Source of the DNA: the human T2T-CHM13v2.0 reference genome, Homo sapiens
DNA length: 64,000 nucleotides
Assembly: GCF_009914755.1 (NCBI RefSeq)
Contig: NC_060933.1
Strand: one strand, 5' to 3'
The position numbers and the translations under genes were made by a program. Below are positions 17,546-36,362 of the stretch, one piece after another; the first letter of the stretch is position 1; each line of letters starts with the position of its first letter. The notes below the pieces were generated by a model that made no database searches, was not told the origin of the DNA, and saw only the letters and a program-made list of their open reading frames with translations.

Positions 17546-20239
17546 GTTATGGGACATCTCCCCAGGACTTTTCCTCCATTGCAATTAAATCCATGCACAT
17601 TGGGTCGGCAGCACCCCGCCAGTAGAGAGAGTACCAGAGTCAGCTCCAGTCCAAGAGAACTAGGTGGCTTCTTGGGCTGGCCTTTGGATCCATTGCTGGA
17701 GGAGGGCTTCTGGACCATGGGCAGGTAGCCACAAGGGCAATCCTGAGCAAGCCCCCAGATTTGTAACCACCCAGTGGGTTCACCTTGTCCACTGCCTAGA
17801 CAGAGCTGGTTTATTGAGACAGGAGAACTGCAATAGAGAAAGAGTAATTCACACAGAGCCGCTGTGTGGGAGACTGGAGTTTAATTATTACTCAAATCAG
17901 TCTCCCCTTTATTATGTTTTTAACATCTGTAAGGCATGTAGTAATGTCCCCTCCATCAATCCAGATATTGATATATTGGCTTTTTGCTTGAGTGTTAGCC
18001 ACCCTGCATTATATAATCTGGAGAATGCCCTCAGAAGAAAAGCCAATTAAATGTGAATCTAACCTGGTGATTTCCTTCTTGCAAGGTTAATTCCTTCCGT
18101 TTTGTACCTGCTTTTGGTTATGCTCCAAAGCCTTCAAACAAAAATTTTTCCCCAGAGTTTCCCTCCCAATAATTTAAAATTATTAAAATGGGAGGCTCAG
18201 ACTGAGACAAGATGCTTTGCCATTACTGCAATAGAAATTCTATTACCTTGCTGTATATTTTCTGTTTATCCTGCCTGTTTTTTGTTCCTTTTTCTCTGTT
18301 TTCTTGTCTTCTTTTAAATTATTGTTCAAATTTTGCACTTCTATTGGCTTGTTAGTTATACATTTTATTCTCTTAGTTCTTACTTTAGACATTATAATGT
18401 ATATCCTTTACTTATTAAAGCCCAATATATTTTTATATTTTTACCATTTCATAGTAAATGCAAGACGTGTAGAACACTTTAACTCCATTTGCTCCACTCC
18501 TGCCTTTTGAGTTAGAGTTTTGATGCATTTTAATACAACACACATTTTAAACCTCACAAGACATCCTTACTATTGCTTTTAGTAAGCAATATTCTTTTAG
18601 ATTATTCACATTATTTTTCTTTCCATTGCACTGCACTGCTTGCATTTTGTACTTTCACCTGTGATCATTTTCTTTCTTTCTTTAGTAGTTTTTTTTAGTA
18701 TAGGACTTCTGATGATATATGATTCACCCAGGTTATGCTTTCTTCATCAATTCCCCACTCTGCTTTCAATATCGTGGACTATTATGTAGCTAACCGTCAC
18801 AGTAACTTTAAGGAGGAGGGCCTCTCATTCTCTATCCTTAGAGGTTCTATCTTTTGTCTATTTCTTGCTATAAATACCTCTATTCTTTTTGTTTTCCTTT
18901 TCCCACCAGAGAGTCGTTACCAGTCTCTTGTGTCTTCTCATAGCATTCACCAAGAACTTCTCTCTAGAAGTTATTCTTGCACAGCACCCCAATAACTTAG
19001 ATAAGTGCAATAATTGCAACAATAATCTGATGTTAAAAGTACAATGGAGAAAATTATTAATCCCACTTGAACCCAAGGATAAGGAAGGATGCTCAGAGAA
19101 AGCTATAGGGAAGTTAGGCCTTGAAGGATAGCCAACTAGGCATTGACTGAGTGAAGAGAAGGAATGATATTGCAATAACCTACAAAAACATAGAGGTGTG
19201 AAGAAGTGTTAAGTGGTCTGGGAATGCAGCATGGTTCAGGATTTGGTATAGGGCAGAGATGGAGAATATATAGCTTTCACACTACAATCTCCCCATTCCA
19301 CATTCATGGCAGACATTGTTAATCTATCACAGAGCATTATTTCTCATGGGGATTGATTTGAACCTTTGAATCATTCTCAACTTAGCACTCCAGGCAGCTA
19401 CTCTTAGTTAAATAGTGGCAGGGTAAGAGATGAAACCTATTTGTTATTTCTGGGAATAGAGAGAATGATAGATCATGAAGAGAAATGAGGCTAGGGAGTT
19501 AGGCAGGGTCCAGCTGGGAAGATGCTTTTGATAATGGTATTGGTTGGTGATCAGAACCTCTTGAGGAAGCTAGGAGGCTTTGAGTGTAAAATATCAGAAA
19601 AGTTTCAGTGCGCATGTAGCTGCCTCTGTGGGGTGTGCTCCATTCTTGTTAACGAGGCCCCAGAGAAACTTCATTTGAGAATCTCCTGGCTCATCTGCTT
19701 CAATAGTAATTAGCCATGCAGAGAAGATCTCTGTGGTTTAATTAAGTGGCATATGTGGTTAAAAGTTTGTCTTCTTCTAAGGGAGCAGTAATTAAAAATT
19801 AAGCGTAGTCTCTCCATGGATCAGTATCTTCATTGGAAACACGGCCTTTGGCTGTCACCAATTCAGAATACTGGAGAAACAGGCACTTCTCTCTCAGGCT
19901 CGTCTGCCCCCCTTCCAAGTCCAAAAAGTAGGACCTACCTGGGTCTGATTGGGAATGACACCTAGAATTGAGGGACCAAGTTGGGGGAGATGGGTCTTGC
20001 ATGGCCATAGTCAACCTCAGTGATATCCTCTGTGTTGAAGGAGGCATAACATTATAGAATGAGATTGGTGAGAGCACTGAGGTAGTAGTGCACCTGATGT
20101 ATTTAAGGAATAACAGACCAGTATGGCTGGACTGGGCTGAATGAATAAAGAGGGGCAGGAGCTGAGGTCAGAATGGCCACAGGACCAGTTCACATAGTCT
20201 TGTAGTCAGATTATTGCAAAGATTTTGGCTTTAATGTGA

Positions 20240-21825
20240 GCCAACTTTATCAATATTTTGTTTTTGCTACATTTTGATCTTATTTAGAAAATCTTTCCAT
20301 AGCCTAAGTTCTAAAATATAACTTTTATTTTCTACAAAGTGTTTTTTCTAAAATTAAGTTTTCTAAAGCATAATTTATGAACAATAGCATTTATTCATAG
20401 GAAGTATTCCATTTGATGAGTTTTGACAACAGTATGCCGTTATGTAACAACTACAATGAAGATACACAATATTCTTATTGCCACAAAAGTTCTCTCCTAC
20501 CCATTGGTAGTCACTATCCTTCTGCCACTCCTAGCCCCAGGCAAACGGTGATCTGATTTCCTGCTTCCTTTTCCTGAATGTCATACAATTAGAATGATAT
20601 AAGATGTAGCCTTTTTTTGGTCCAGCTTCTTTGATTTTGCATACTTTTTTTGAGATTCTTCCAAGTTGTTGCACATATAAGTAATTCGTTCATTTTTATT
20701 GCTGCATATGGATGTACCACAATTTGGTTATCCATTCATCATTGGTGGACTGTCTCCACTGTTTGGCTACTGTGAATAAAGCTGCTCTAAACATTGGCAT
20801 ACAGTTCTTTGTGTGAACATATGGTTCCTTGTCTTTTGGGTAAATACCTAGGGATAGGATTGCTGGGTTGTATGGTAGGTATGTGTTAAACTTTTAAAGA
20901 AACTGCTAAACTGTTTTCAAAAAGGGCTGCTCCATTTTGCAATGGATACAATTTCCAGGTGCTTCTCTCACCAGAGCTTGGTATTAGCCATTTTAGTGAT
21001 GTGTAGTGGTATTTCATTGTGGTTTTGATTTGCATTTCCCTAATGACCAGTGGTGTCAAGCATCTTTTCATGTGCTTATTTGCCATCTGTATATCTTCTT
21101 TGATTAAGTGTCTGTTCAGATCCTTTGCCCACTATTTGAGCTATTTGTCTTATAATTGATTGTGAGAGTTCTTTTTTCTAGATAAAGTCTTTATTAGGTA
21201 TGTGTTTTGCAAACATTTTCTCCCAGCCTGTGGCTTGTCTTTACATTCTCTTAACAGTATCTTTCAAACAGCAGAAGTTTAAAATTTTGATGATGCTGAA
21301 TTTAGCAGTTTTTTTCTATTATGGTTTTTGCTTTTTGTTTCTTATGTGAAAATTATTTGCCTAATCCAAGGTTACAAAGCTTTTCTTTTGTTTTCTTCTA
21401 TAAGTTTTACAGTTTTAGCTCTTACATTTAAGTCCATGATCCATTTTGAATTAATTTATATATATGGTGTGAGTTAAGGATTGATTTTTTTATATGGATA
21501 TCCAATTGTTCCAGCATCAGTTGTTGAAAAACTGTCCTTTCTCTATTGCATTGGAATTTTTGTCAAAAATCAATTGACCATATAACTGTAGATCTATTTC
21601 TGAACTCTTGTTTGATTGAGCTTTAAAACCAAAAGTACACTGTCTTGATTATTATAGCTTAGTAAGTCTTGAATTGCATGGTGTGGGTCTTCTTTCCTCC
21701 CCCAAAGTTATTTAGGTTCTTCTAGGTTTTTTGCCATTTCCATATAAATTTTATTTTAAAATTTTCAACTTACAAAAGAGCCCAATAGAATTTTGATTGA
21801 GATTTCATTGAACCAGTAGGTCAGG
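20240..21825 (-). mobile_element. Old L1M fragments
   Basis: L1 3' UTR and ORF2 C-terminal remnant ([24 protein letters not shown]). Confidence 0.75.
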
Positions 21826-21829
21826 AATT

Positions 21830-21925
21830 GCCAAAAAAACACTTTCACAGAAACACATAGAATAATGTTTGACCAAACACCTTGTTACCATGGCTCAGCC
21901 AATTTGATACATCAAATCAACTATA
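21830..21925 (-). mobile_element. MLT2 LTR fragment
   Basis: CACAGAAACACATAGAATAATGTTTGACCAAA matches the MLT2 end. Confidence 0.55.
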
Positions 21926-22849
21926 TAGTCTCTCTCCTGATGAATATCACCGTCTTTACCTTCAGTCTCTATTAATGGACTACATTTTTACCAATATTCA
22001 TAACAAAAAATTAGAATTTTACAGTTTATCTGTAATTAGAAATATGTCTTCATACTTATAAAAGAAAGAATGTTTATGGTCAGGGCATGAGATCCTTTAT
22101 GAAGATGCAGATTTAAAAAAATCTATACTTTTGCTATCCAGAGGTAACCACTGTTTCTACATTTTGGTAGATTTCCTCAAATTTATTTATATTTATGCCA
22201 AGTCTTATTCCTGAAGAATTTAAGGAAGCTTGGAAATACGTATAAAATACAAGATAAGATAAATGGAAAATGAGGTTAGAAAAAGAACAAAAGGGGGGAT
22301 AAACAAGGGTGGAGACATAAAATTGAGCCAGGAATGACTCTGAAAATGCAGATTATGATGACTGTTGTTATGGGTGGGCCTCAGATTTGGCTCAGGCTTT
22401 CTGGTCAGTCACACAGTTCACTGGGACCAAAAGTAAAAATAAACCACTTGATTAGGTGAAATTATATCATCTGCGGTTCTAAGAACAGACACATTGCATG
22501 GGGTTTCTTTTAATCCGTCTTAATGTAGGCTTTGGCAATCAAATTGGGGTGTAAAAATTCACAGTAAACAATAGCTCAGAGGCAAAAAGAATGCTGTCTA
22601 GGTGCTCAGATTTCCAGTGGTTTGGGTGGACAACATATTGGATTTTAGTCTTGCAGGTAGGTATGGATGACCTGCATGTCCTTTGAGCAAGCTTCCCTAA
22701 ATATATTTTCTTTTAGTTAAACTTTTGGTAAACACTGAGTATCAGTGACCACCAACTAATAGTCCCTCGTTGATACCTAAGCTGCGGCTGGTGTCTATTA
22801 TCAATCAAGTAGAGGTGAATCCTATTTAGAGTTGGCAATCAAACAACAC

Positions 22850-23100
22850 ACTAGTATTTAGTGCAGGGCTTTCAGTCAGACAGATGTTTCAGATTCTAAC
22901 TCCATAACTCAACTAACTGTGCAGTAATAAACAAGTTAAAAATTTCACCAAGTCTCCAGGTTCTCATCTATAAAATGTGAATAACATCAGTATCTGTCTT
23001 GTAGGGTTGTCGTTGGGATTAAATATGTTTACACAAGTAAAGTATGTAACACAATAACAAGAGTATAGTAAGTGTTCAATAAATGATATTATTATTATCT
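22850..23100 (+). mobile_element. MIR
   Basis: Core TTCTCATCTATAAAATG...AGGGTTGT...ATTAAAT. Confidence 0.7.
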
Positions 23101-23558
23101 TTATAAAGCTGAGGAGACTAATGAGGACTTGTGCCTAGAAATAAGGCCATCAGACATCTGCTTCCAGGTGAGCTGAGACAGCACCCACCGAACGTGTTCC
23201 AGGACCCAAATAAAATCTTAACCTTAAACTACGTAACTTTTGAATGAACTCCCAGATTCCAGTGTATTCTACACCAAGGCATCTCAAGTGTTAGTCTGTG
23301 GATCAGTGTTTGTCCATAATGAAGTTTTCATGCATGAACTGAAAAAAAAAAAAAAAAACAACCCTGCAGAATTGGCTCTGTTCCCAGTACTCTTCTCTAT
23401 CTTTAGGTTAATTTATATTTCTTGTAGAAAGCATTTAGTTGGAACTTTTTAAAACCATGGTGATAATCTTTGTTTTTTAAGCCTCTGGGAAGGAGGTAGT
23501 TAGAATATCTGCGTTTGATGTAATTGGTGATAGTTTTGAGTTTAAACCTACTTTTTAA

Positions 23559-26600
<3,042 letters not shown>

Positions 26601-27100
26601 CCATAATCTGGTTTAAAGGGACTGTTAAAAGAGATTGCTAAGTTGTCAAACTGCCTGTGTAAGGTTGATGAGTTATGACAAAAACCAAACCCAGAACTAT
26701 CTTTGTGAGTTGATGAGGGTTACTACAAAAACCAAGACCCAGGAGGTGGTCACAAAGAAACTCATGAAATTTAGCTTATTATAAATTTCCATTTTGAAAA
26801 AAGCTTAGTGACATACAAGCTGTAAATTCTTTCAGATGCTTCTAGACAGAAACATTGAACATGGGAATACTTGCCTGAGGCATGAACTTGGTACATAAAT
26901 TTGTAGAGGCCAAGATCTCAGCTAATACCTAGGTGGCTCACTTCTAGATTTATAAAGCAAGATCAACTTGGTTTTGATCTGTTGCAAGCCACTTACTATA
27001 TTGGAGCTTGAAACAGTACCTCACGTTGTATGGTGGATGTGGACTTAAGCTGAAAAAATGATCCCATTCAGAACCACAAGAAGATAAGCTACTTAGGAAT

Positions 27101-27605
27101 TGTGATGGTTAATTTTATGTATCAATTTGACTGGTTTAAGGGATACCCAGGTATTTGCTAAAACAGTATTTCTGAGTGTGTCCATAAGGATGTTTCTGAA
27201 AGAGATTAGCATTTGAATCAGTGGACTGAGTGTAAAGAAGGTCCACCTTCACCAATGTGGGTGGGCATCATCCAATCAGTTGGGAGTCTGCATAGAACAA
27301 AAAGGCGGAGAAGAGAAAATTCATTCTTTCTTCTAGAGCTGGGACATCCATCTTCTCCTGCCCTTAGACATCAGAGCTCCAGGTTCTCAGGGCTTGGGAC
27401 TGCAGGTCTTACACTAGTGGCCTCCCTCGTTTTCAGGCCTTTGGACACAGACTGAATTACACCAGGCATCCCTGGTTTTCCAGCTTGCAGACAGCGGATA
27501 GAGGGACCTGGGGCTCATAATCACATGAGCCAATTCCCATAATGAATCTTCTGTTATATTTATCCTATTGATTCTGTTTCTTTGGAGAGCCCTGATTAAT
27601 ATTGA
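27101..27605 (+). mobile_element. MLT2 (ERVL) solo LTR
   Basis: TGTGATGGTTAATTTTATGTATCAA...CCCTGATTAATA; GGAAT on both flanks. Confidence 0.85.
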
Positions 27606-27903
27606 GGAATAAAATTAGTAAGATATATATATATAAAATAAGATATACATATATAAAAGTTAATGATATATATGTTATAATATATATACACACACACATA
27701 TATACACACATACTATATAATATTAATATACGTATACTTTAATGAGGACAACTTTAGACTTCTACTTCCATTTAGGATGTAGAAAGTCATAAGAGAATAT
27801 TGCTCCCTCCCTAACAGTGGTTACTTTTTTACTTTTAGAGTGTAAATGTAAAACTATGTAAATGAACAAAAATACAGAAAATGATGAATTCCTTTTAGGC
27901 AGT

Positions 27904-28277
27904 GTATTAATCTGTTCTCACACTGCTATAAAGAACTACCTGAGACTGGGTAATTTACAAAGAAAAGAGGTTTAATTGACTCGCAGTTCCACAGGCTTAA
28001 CAGGAAGCATGGCTGGGAGGCCTTGGAAGGCATACAGTCATGGTGGAAGGTGAAGAGGAAGCAGGGATCTTCTTCACACTGTGGCAGGAGAGAGAGAGGG
28101 AGAGAGAGAAGGGGGAAGTGCCACATACTTCCATGCCATCAGATCTTGTGAGAACTCACTCACTATCTCGAGAACAGCAAGGGGAAATCCACCCCCATAA
28201 TCCAGTCACCTGCCTGACACATGGGGATTACAATTTGACAGGGGATTTGGGTGGGGACACAGAGTCAAACCATATCA
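27904..28277 (-). mobile_element. MSTA-like MaLR LTR
   Basis: TGTATTAATCTGTTCTCACACTGCT...AAACCATATCA. Confidence 0.85.
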
Positions 28278-28369
28278 GGTTAGAAGAGTCACAAGGCTTC
28301 ATTGATCCATGTTGGAATAGCAGCACGAGGAGAAAGTTTCCAAAGATGAGAGCAAGAAGAAACAGTTGA

Positions 28370-28688
<319 letters not shown>

Positions 28689-29271
28689 TAAAGGCTAAGT
28701 GTGGGCTGGTATGATGGTCTGCAATTGGAGCCTCAGCCACAGAGAACTTCTGTAGCCACCAACCTTCTCTTTCCCAAGAATCTTCACCAAGGACTCATGG
28801 GAAAGATGGGGCAGAGATGGGGCAGAACCAGAGATCTGAGAGAGAGCCCCTGAGGTGTGCTGGCTTGATGAAATCTGAAGACAGGGCATGAAACCTGAGA
28901 GTCATGTATCTGAGGTTTTTATTATTTTTTCCTCTTGGGAAACAGGTGAGATTAACAGACCATGAAAGATAATGGCTCCAGTTCTCACTTTGTCTTATCC
29001 ATGTGCTTTTCCATACAACCTTATGTATTCCCATTTATGAGTGACACTCTCATGCTCTCTTTCAGCTGCTACCCTTTTCTCTTCCCCCTCGAAAGTAACT
29101 GATAGCCTGACCTCTAATACTACGTTTAGCTTTTCTATCAAAATTATATACGTAAATCACATAGCATGTATTCTTTTGTGTCTGATTTCTTTCACCCAAC
29201 ATTATACTCATGAGAGTCATTTGTGTTGGTACAAAAGGCTGTAATTTGTTTATGTTTCTATAGCGTATACA

Positions 29272-31586
29272 TGATATGGTTTGACTCTGTCCCCACGCAA
29301 ATCTCAACTTGAATTGTGTCTCCCAGAATTCCCACTTGTTATGGGAGGGACCCAGGGGGAGGTAATTGAATCATGGGGACCGGTTTTTCCCATGCTATTC
29401 TCGTGATAGTGAACGTGATAGTGAATACGTCTCATGAGATTTGGTGGGTTTATCAGGGGTTTCTGCTTTTTCTTCTTCCTCATTTTCTCTTGCTGCTGCC
29501 ATGTAAGAAGTGTCTTTTACCTCCCTCCATGATTCTGAGGCTTCCCCAACCATGTGGAACTGTAAGTCCAATTAAACCTCTTTTTCTTCCAGTCTTGGGT
29601 ATATCTTTATCAGCAGCGTGAAAATGAACTAATACAGTAAATTGGTACCAGTAGAGTGGGGCATTGCTGAAAAGATACCCAAAAATGTGGAAGCAACTTT
29701 GGAACTGGGTAACAGGCAGAAGTTGGAACAGTTTGGAGGCCTCAGAAGAAGACAGGAAAATGTGGGAAAGTTTGGAATGCCCTAGAGACTTGTTGAATGG
29801 GTTTGCCCAAAATGCTGATAGCAATATGGACAATAAGATCCAGGCTGAGGTGGTCTCAGGTGGAGATGGGAACTTGTTGAGAACTGGAGCAAAGGTGACT
29901 CTTGTTATGTTTTAGCAAAGAGACTGGTGGCATTTTGCCCCTGCCCTAGGCCCCTGCCTAGAGATCTGTGGAACTTTGAACTTGAGAGAGATGGTTTAGG
30001 ATATCTGGTGGAAGAAATTTCTAAGCAGCAAAGCATCCAAGAGGTGACTTGGGTGCTGTTAAAGGCATTCAGTTCTAAAAGGGAAACAGCATAAATGTCT
30101 GGAAAATTTTCAGCCTGACAATGTGATAGAAAAGAAAATCCCATTTTCTGAGGAGAAATCCAAGCCTGCTGCATATGTTTGCATAAGTAACAAGGAGCTG
30201 AATGTTAATCCCAAAGACAATGGGGAAAATGTCTCCAGGGCATGTCAGAGGTCTTCATGGCAGCCCCTCCCATCACAAGCCTGGAGGTTTAGGAGGCAAA
30301 AATGATTTCGTGGGCTGGGCCCCGGATCCTTGTGCTGTGTGCAGCCTAGGGACTTGGTGCCCTGTGTCCCAACCATGGCTGAAAGGGGCCGAGGTAGAGA
30401 TTGGGCTGTGGCTTCAGAGGGTGCAATCCTCAAGCTTTGGCATCTTCTACATGGTGTTGAGCCTTGAGTGAAAAGAAGTCAGGAATTGAGGTTTGGGGAC
30501 CTCTGCCTAGATTTCAGAAGATGTTTGGAAATGCTTGAATGCCCAGGCAAAAGTTTGCTGTGGGGGCAGGGCCCTAGTGGAGAGCCTCTGCTAGGGCAGT
30601 ATGGAAGGGAAATGTGGGGTTGGAGCCCCTCCACAGAGTCCCTACTTGGGCACTGCCTAGTGGAGCTGTGAGAAGAGGGCCAGTGTCCTCCAGATCCCAG
30701 AATGGTAGATCCACTGACAGCTTGAACCATGTTGCCTAGAAAAGCCACACTCAAAGCCAACCTGTGAAAGCAGCTGGGAGGGAGGCTGTACCTTGCAAAG
30801 CCACAGGGATGGATCTGCCCAAGATCATGGGAACTTTCCTCATGCATCAGCATGACCTGGATGTGAGACCTAGAGTCAAAGGAGATCATTTTGGAGCTTT
30901 AAAATTTGACTGCCTTGCTGGATTTTGGACTTGCATGGGCCCTGTAACCCATTTGTTTTGGCCAATTTCTCCCATTTGGAATGGTTGTATTTACCCAATA
31001 CTTGTACCCCCATTATATCTAGGAATTAACTAGTTGCTTTTGATTTTAAAGGCTCATTGGTGGAAGGGACTTGCCTTGTCTCAGATGAGACTTTGGATTG
31101 TGGACTTTTGGGTTAATGCTGAAATGAGTTAAAACTCTGGGGGACTGCTGGGAAGGCATGATTGGTTTTGAAATGTGAGGACATGAGATTTGGAGGGGCC
31201 AGGGGCAGAATGATATGGTGGGGTCAGGGGCAGAATGATATGGTTTGGCTGTGTCCCCACCCAAATCTCAACTTGAATTGTATCTCCCAGAATTCCCACG
31301 TGTTGTGGGAGGGAACCAGGGGGAGGTAATTGAATCATGAGGTCTGGTCTTTTGTGTACTATTCTCATGATAGTGAATAAGTCTCACGGATCTGATGGGT
31401 TTATCAGGGGTTTCTACTTTTGCTGTTTCCCCATTTTCTCTTGCTGCCACCACATAAAAGGGGCCTTTCACCTCTCGCCGTGATTCTGAGGCCTCCCCAG
31501 CCATGTGGAACTGTAAGTCCAAATAAACCTCTTTTTCTTCCAGTCTGGGTATATCTTTATCAGCAGCATGAAAACAGACTAATACA
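29272..31586 (+). mobile_element. Full-length THE1A (LTR 29272-29636, internal region, LTR 31236-31586)
   Basis: Two similar TGATATGG...AATACA LTRs, MaLR internal region, 5-bp TSD ATACA. Confidence 0.93.
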
Positions 31587-31599
31587 ATACATACATAAA

Positions 31600-33200
31600 C
31601 AGAATTGTTTATGTTGCTGTACAGTATAAAGAATTGTATCTGCACCACAATTTATTTATCTGTTCTGTTTGTTAATGAACATTTAAGTTATTTCCAGTTT
31701 TTTGGCTACTGTGAATAATGCTGATATGAATATTCTTGGAAATATTTTTTGGGGAAAACATACATATTCCTGTTGGGTGTGTACCTTAGAGTGGCTTTGC
31801 TGGGTGAGAGGGTATATATATTTTAAAATCTAGTAAATAATTCCCAAGAGTTTCTCAAAGTAGTTGAATCAACTTATACTCCTTCTGGTACTAGGTAAGA
31901 GTTTCCATTGTTCTACATCTTCATCAAAACTTGGTAGTGTCAATGTTTTAAAATTAAACCATTCAGGTAGGTTTGTGGTGGCATTTTTTGTGTATGTTTT
32001 AAATTTTTTAAAAATTAAAAATAAAACATTCATAGAAAGAAGTGGCCAAATTATTAGTATACATTTTGATGAATTTTCCCAGGACAATGAAAACACCATG
32101 TAACCAGCACTCCATTAAAAAATAGAACATTACCAGCACCTAGGAATCCCTGTGATGCTCTGTTTCAGGCACTACCTATCCGAGACATAACCACTATGCT
32201 CACTTCTAACACCACACATTAGTCTTGTCTGTTTAGTACATTGTACACATGGAATCAAAATACTTTTTCAGGTCTGGAGTTTTTTGCACAACATTATGTT
32301 CGTAAAATTTATCAATATATTTGGGTGTAGCTGTAGTTTGGTCATTCTCATTGTTGCGTAGTATCTAATTTTGTAAATTTATCATAATTTATTTTTCTAT
32401 TCTATTGTTGATGAGCACTTTGATAGTTTCCAACTTTGGGTATCATGACCACTGCTGCCACAAATATTCTGATATATGGCTCACAGTGAACATATACATG
32501 CATATCTGTTGGGTGTATTTCTAGGAGTGAAACTGCTGGATCAAAAAGTATGCATATGTTCACATTAGTAGATACTGCCAGTTTTAAAGTGATACCAACT
32601 TACACTCTTGCTACTAATGGAGAAGAGTTTTTATTGCTCCTTAATCTTGACTAGACTTTTTATTTTTTGTCTTTCATTTTAGAAACTCTGGTAGGTGTTT
32701 AGTGGTATCTTTAACCCCTCTTAATATTTACTGGTCATTCGAATATTCTCTTTTATATAAAATTCCTTGTCCAAATTTCCCATCCATTTTTCTGTTGATT
32801 TGTAGGAGTTCTTTATATATTCTGAAGATGACTCTTTTGTTGGTTACATGTGCTGTAAATATGTTGTCTCACCCTGTGGCTTCCCTTTTCACTCTTTATA
32901 ATCATGTACTTTGAATACAAGTTTTTAATTTTAATGTAGACAAATTTATTAGTCTATTATTTTATGATGGGTGTGTTTCTGTTCCAATTAAGAAATATCT
33001 ACTTACCTCTAGGTCATGAAGATAGTCATATATTTTGTTCTAGAAGCCTTGTCATTTTGTCCGTCACATTTAGATGTATAATTACTTGGAATATTTTTTC
33101 CTAAATGTTGCAAGGTAGATTCATATTCAATTTTTAAAATTAAATTAAATATGGATAGTCAATGGATGCAGAATGATTTCTTGAAACAAAATCCCCTTGT
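31600..33200 (-). mobile_element. Old L1M fragments
   Basis: Degenerate L1 3' end sequences. Confidence 0.6.
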
Positions 33201-33359
33201 GAATTTGCTACTCTGACATATCTGACCAGGCCAAGGGCTTTAGCTTTCACCTTCATGGCTGGCCAGAAGGAAGGAAGTACTGTTATATCTTGCTTCATTT
33301 CATTTCAGGTACAAGCACAGAAACTCCTACATGACCACAGTCCAGTAAAGAAAAAGCTA

Positions 33360-34535
<1,176 letters not shown>

Positions 34536-35382
34536 GCAGTACAAGCAGCATTCTTGTCAGGCTGGCTGCGAATCTGTCTCCACATGGACAAAGACGCTTC
34601 ATCCCCGAACTTGAGACAGAGGCCTTTCCATGCCTCAGCGTCTGAGTCAAACAGGCTCCCAAGACTCCCAGAAGGAGGACTTCCCCTTAACTGCCCTCAT
34701 ACCTCATAGCCCCATTGTGCTCAGCCATCTATAATCATGTTTTTACAGTTCTGTGGGAAGGATTAGTGGCTAAGTATAGGGAAGTCTCTGAGGGAATTTT
34801 TAAGGCACGGCTTTATATAAAGGTGAATGCTAGTTCCACAATAAAATCTAAATAAAATGTAAATGGTTAACTAAAGTTGTATACTCAAAATTACATTTAA
34901 AATTTAAAAATTAAAAATTTAAATGAGATCAAAATAAAATTAAAATAAAATTTCTAATAAAATCATTAGAATTTTCAAAACATATCTGAACACAGGAGCA
35001 GAAATTTCATGTTATTAAAACCTCATACCAAAATGTGTATTCTAGAATTGAAATAGGATTCTGATACATGGGCTAGAAAGTTTGCAGCCTAGGTAGGTAG
35101 CTGGGCTTTGTAAAGCCCCCTTGAGATAGGTTTGGGAAAGCATGCTTCTCTCCAAGTAGTCATTTGCAAGAACCTCTCTGTAACAAGTAGGGGCCAGTCA
35201 TGATTGTGGGGTCTCTGAGGAGGCCTGAGAATAGGACAGAGGGATGGTAGATGGAAGCCACCTTTATTACTGATAGAGATGTCACTGGAGGATGTGGCAT
35301 CAAGTAGAAGTTGAAAGGGCTAAAATTGGCTGCCTCACTCCCGTGCATAGAGAAGCAGAGAGGAATTCTTGATCCCTGTAGG

Positions 35383-35972
35383 TGAGGACTGAGTCAAGCA
35401 GGTGACCAGGATGGCTTTTCATTCCCCTCAGCTTGACTAAACTCCAGACAGGCTTCTTCCTGACTCTGGGTCCTTGACCTTTTTCTTAGAGTATTTACTT
35501 TAGAAAACTTGTAAAGTTTTCTGTATCCCACTGAGATGGAAACCTTTTAAAAAGCCTCTTGCCGGTTTCACAAACTAAAAATGTCTTTCTCACGGTCCTG
35601 GGAGCCATCTCTTTGGAAGGTAAGCACAAGGAGGTAGCACTCCTGTCTCCAATCTTCTGTGGGAAGGCAGGAACCTAACTTCAGCAGGTGCCTTGCTCCA
35701 CATTGCAAAGTAACCCCTGTTGTAAAGGCATGAAAAGTTTATTTTTCCTTTGGATAAAGTCCATTAGCAAACACAGGTGGTCTACGACTTTTACCTAATG
35801 TTCTTCAGTACTTTTCCATTAGCTCACCCTAGTGCTGAAAAACCCTCCTGCCCTTTGTTTCCGTGGAGTTGAAGTCAGATTGACTTCTGGATTCTCTCCT
35901 GTATTGCAACAGCCTTGAATAAAGTTTACCTTGCCTGTTGAACCTTGTCAGATGCAATTTTTGCTTTGACAC
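35383..35972 (+). mobile_element. ERV1-class solo LTR (subfamily uncertain)
   Basis: TG...CA termini, AATAAA near 35918, CTTGACTAAACT..AGACAGGCTTCTTCC motif. Confidence 0.6.
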
Positions 35973-35977
35973 AGGCT

Positions 35978-36362
35978 TTATTAGTCCATTCTCATGCTGC
36001 TAATAAAAACATCCCCAAGACTGGGTAACTTATAAAAGAAAGAGGTTTAATTGACTCACAGTTTAGCATGGCTGGGGAGGCCTCAGGAATCTTATAATCA
36101 TGGTGGATGGGGAAGCAAACACGTCTCCTTCTTCACATGGTGGGGGCAAGGAGAAGTGCAGAGTGAAGGCGGGGGGCAGGAAATGCCCCTTATAAAGCTA
36201 TCAGATTTTGTGAGAACTCACTCACTATCATGAGAACAGCATGGAGGTAACCTCCCCCATGATTCAATTAGCCCCCACTGGGTCCCTCCCATGACATGTG
36301 GGGATTATGGGAACTATAGTTCAATATGAAATTTGGGTGGGACACAGCCAAACCATATTACA
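35978..36362 (-). mobile_element. THE1B/C solo LTR
   Basis: ATTAGTCCATTCTCATGCTGCTAATAAA...AGCCAAACCATAT. Confidence 0.85.
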
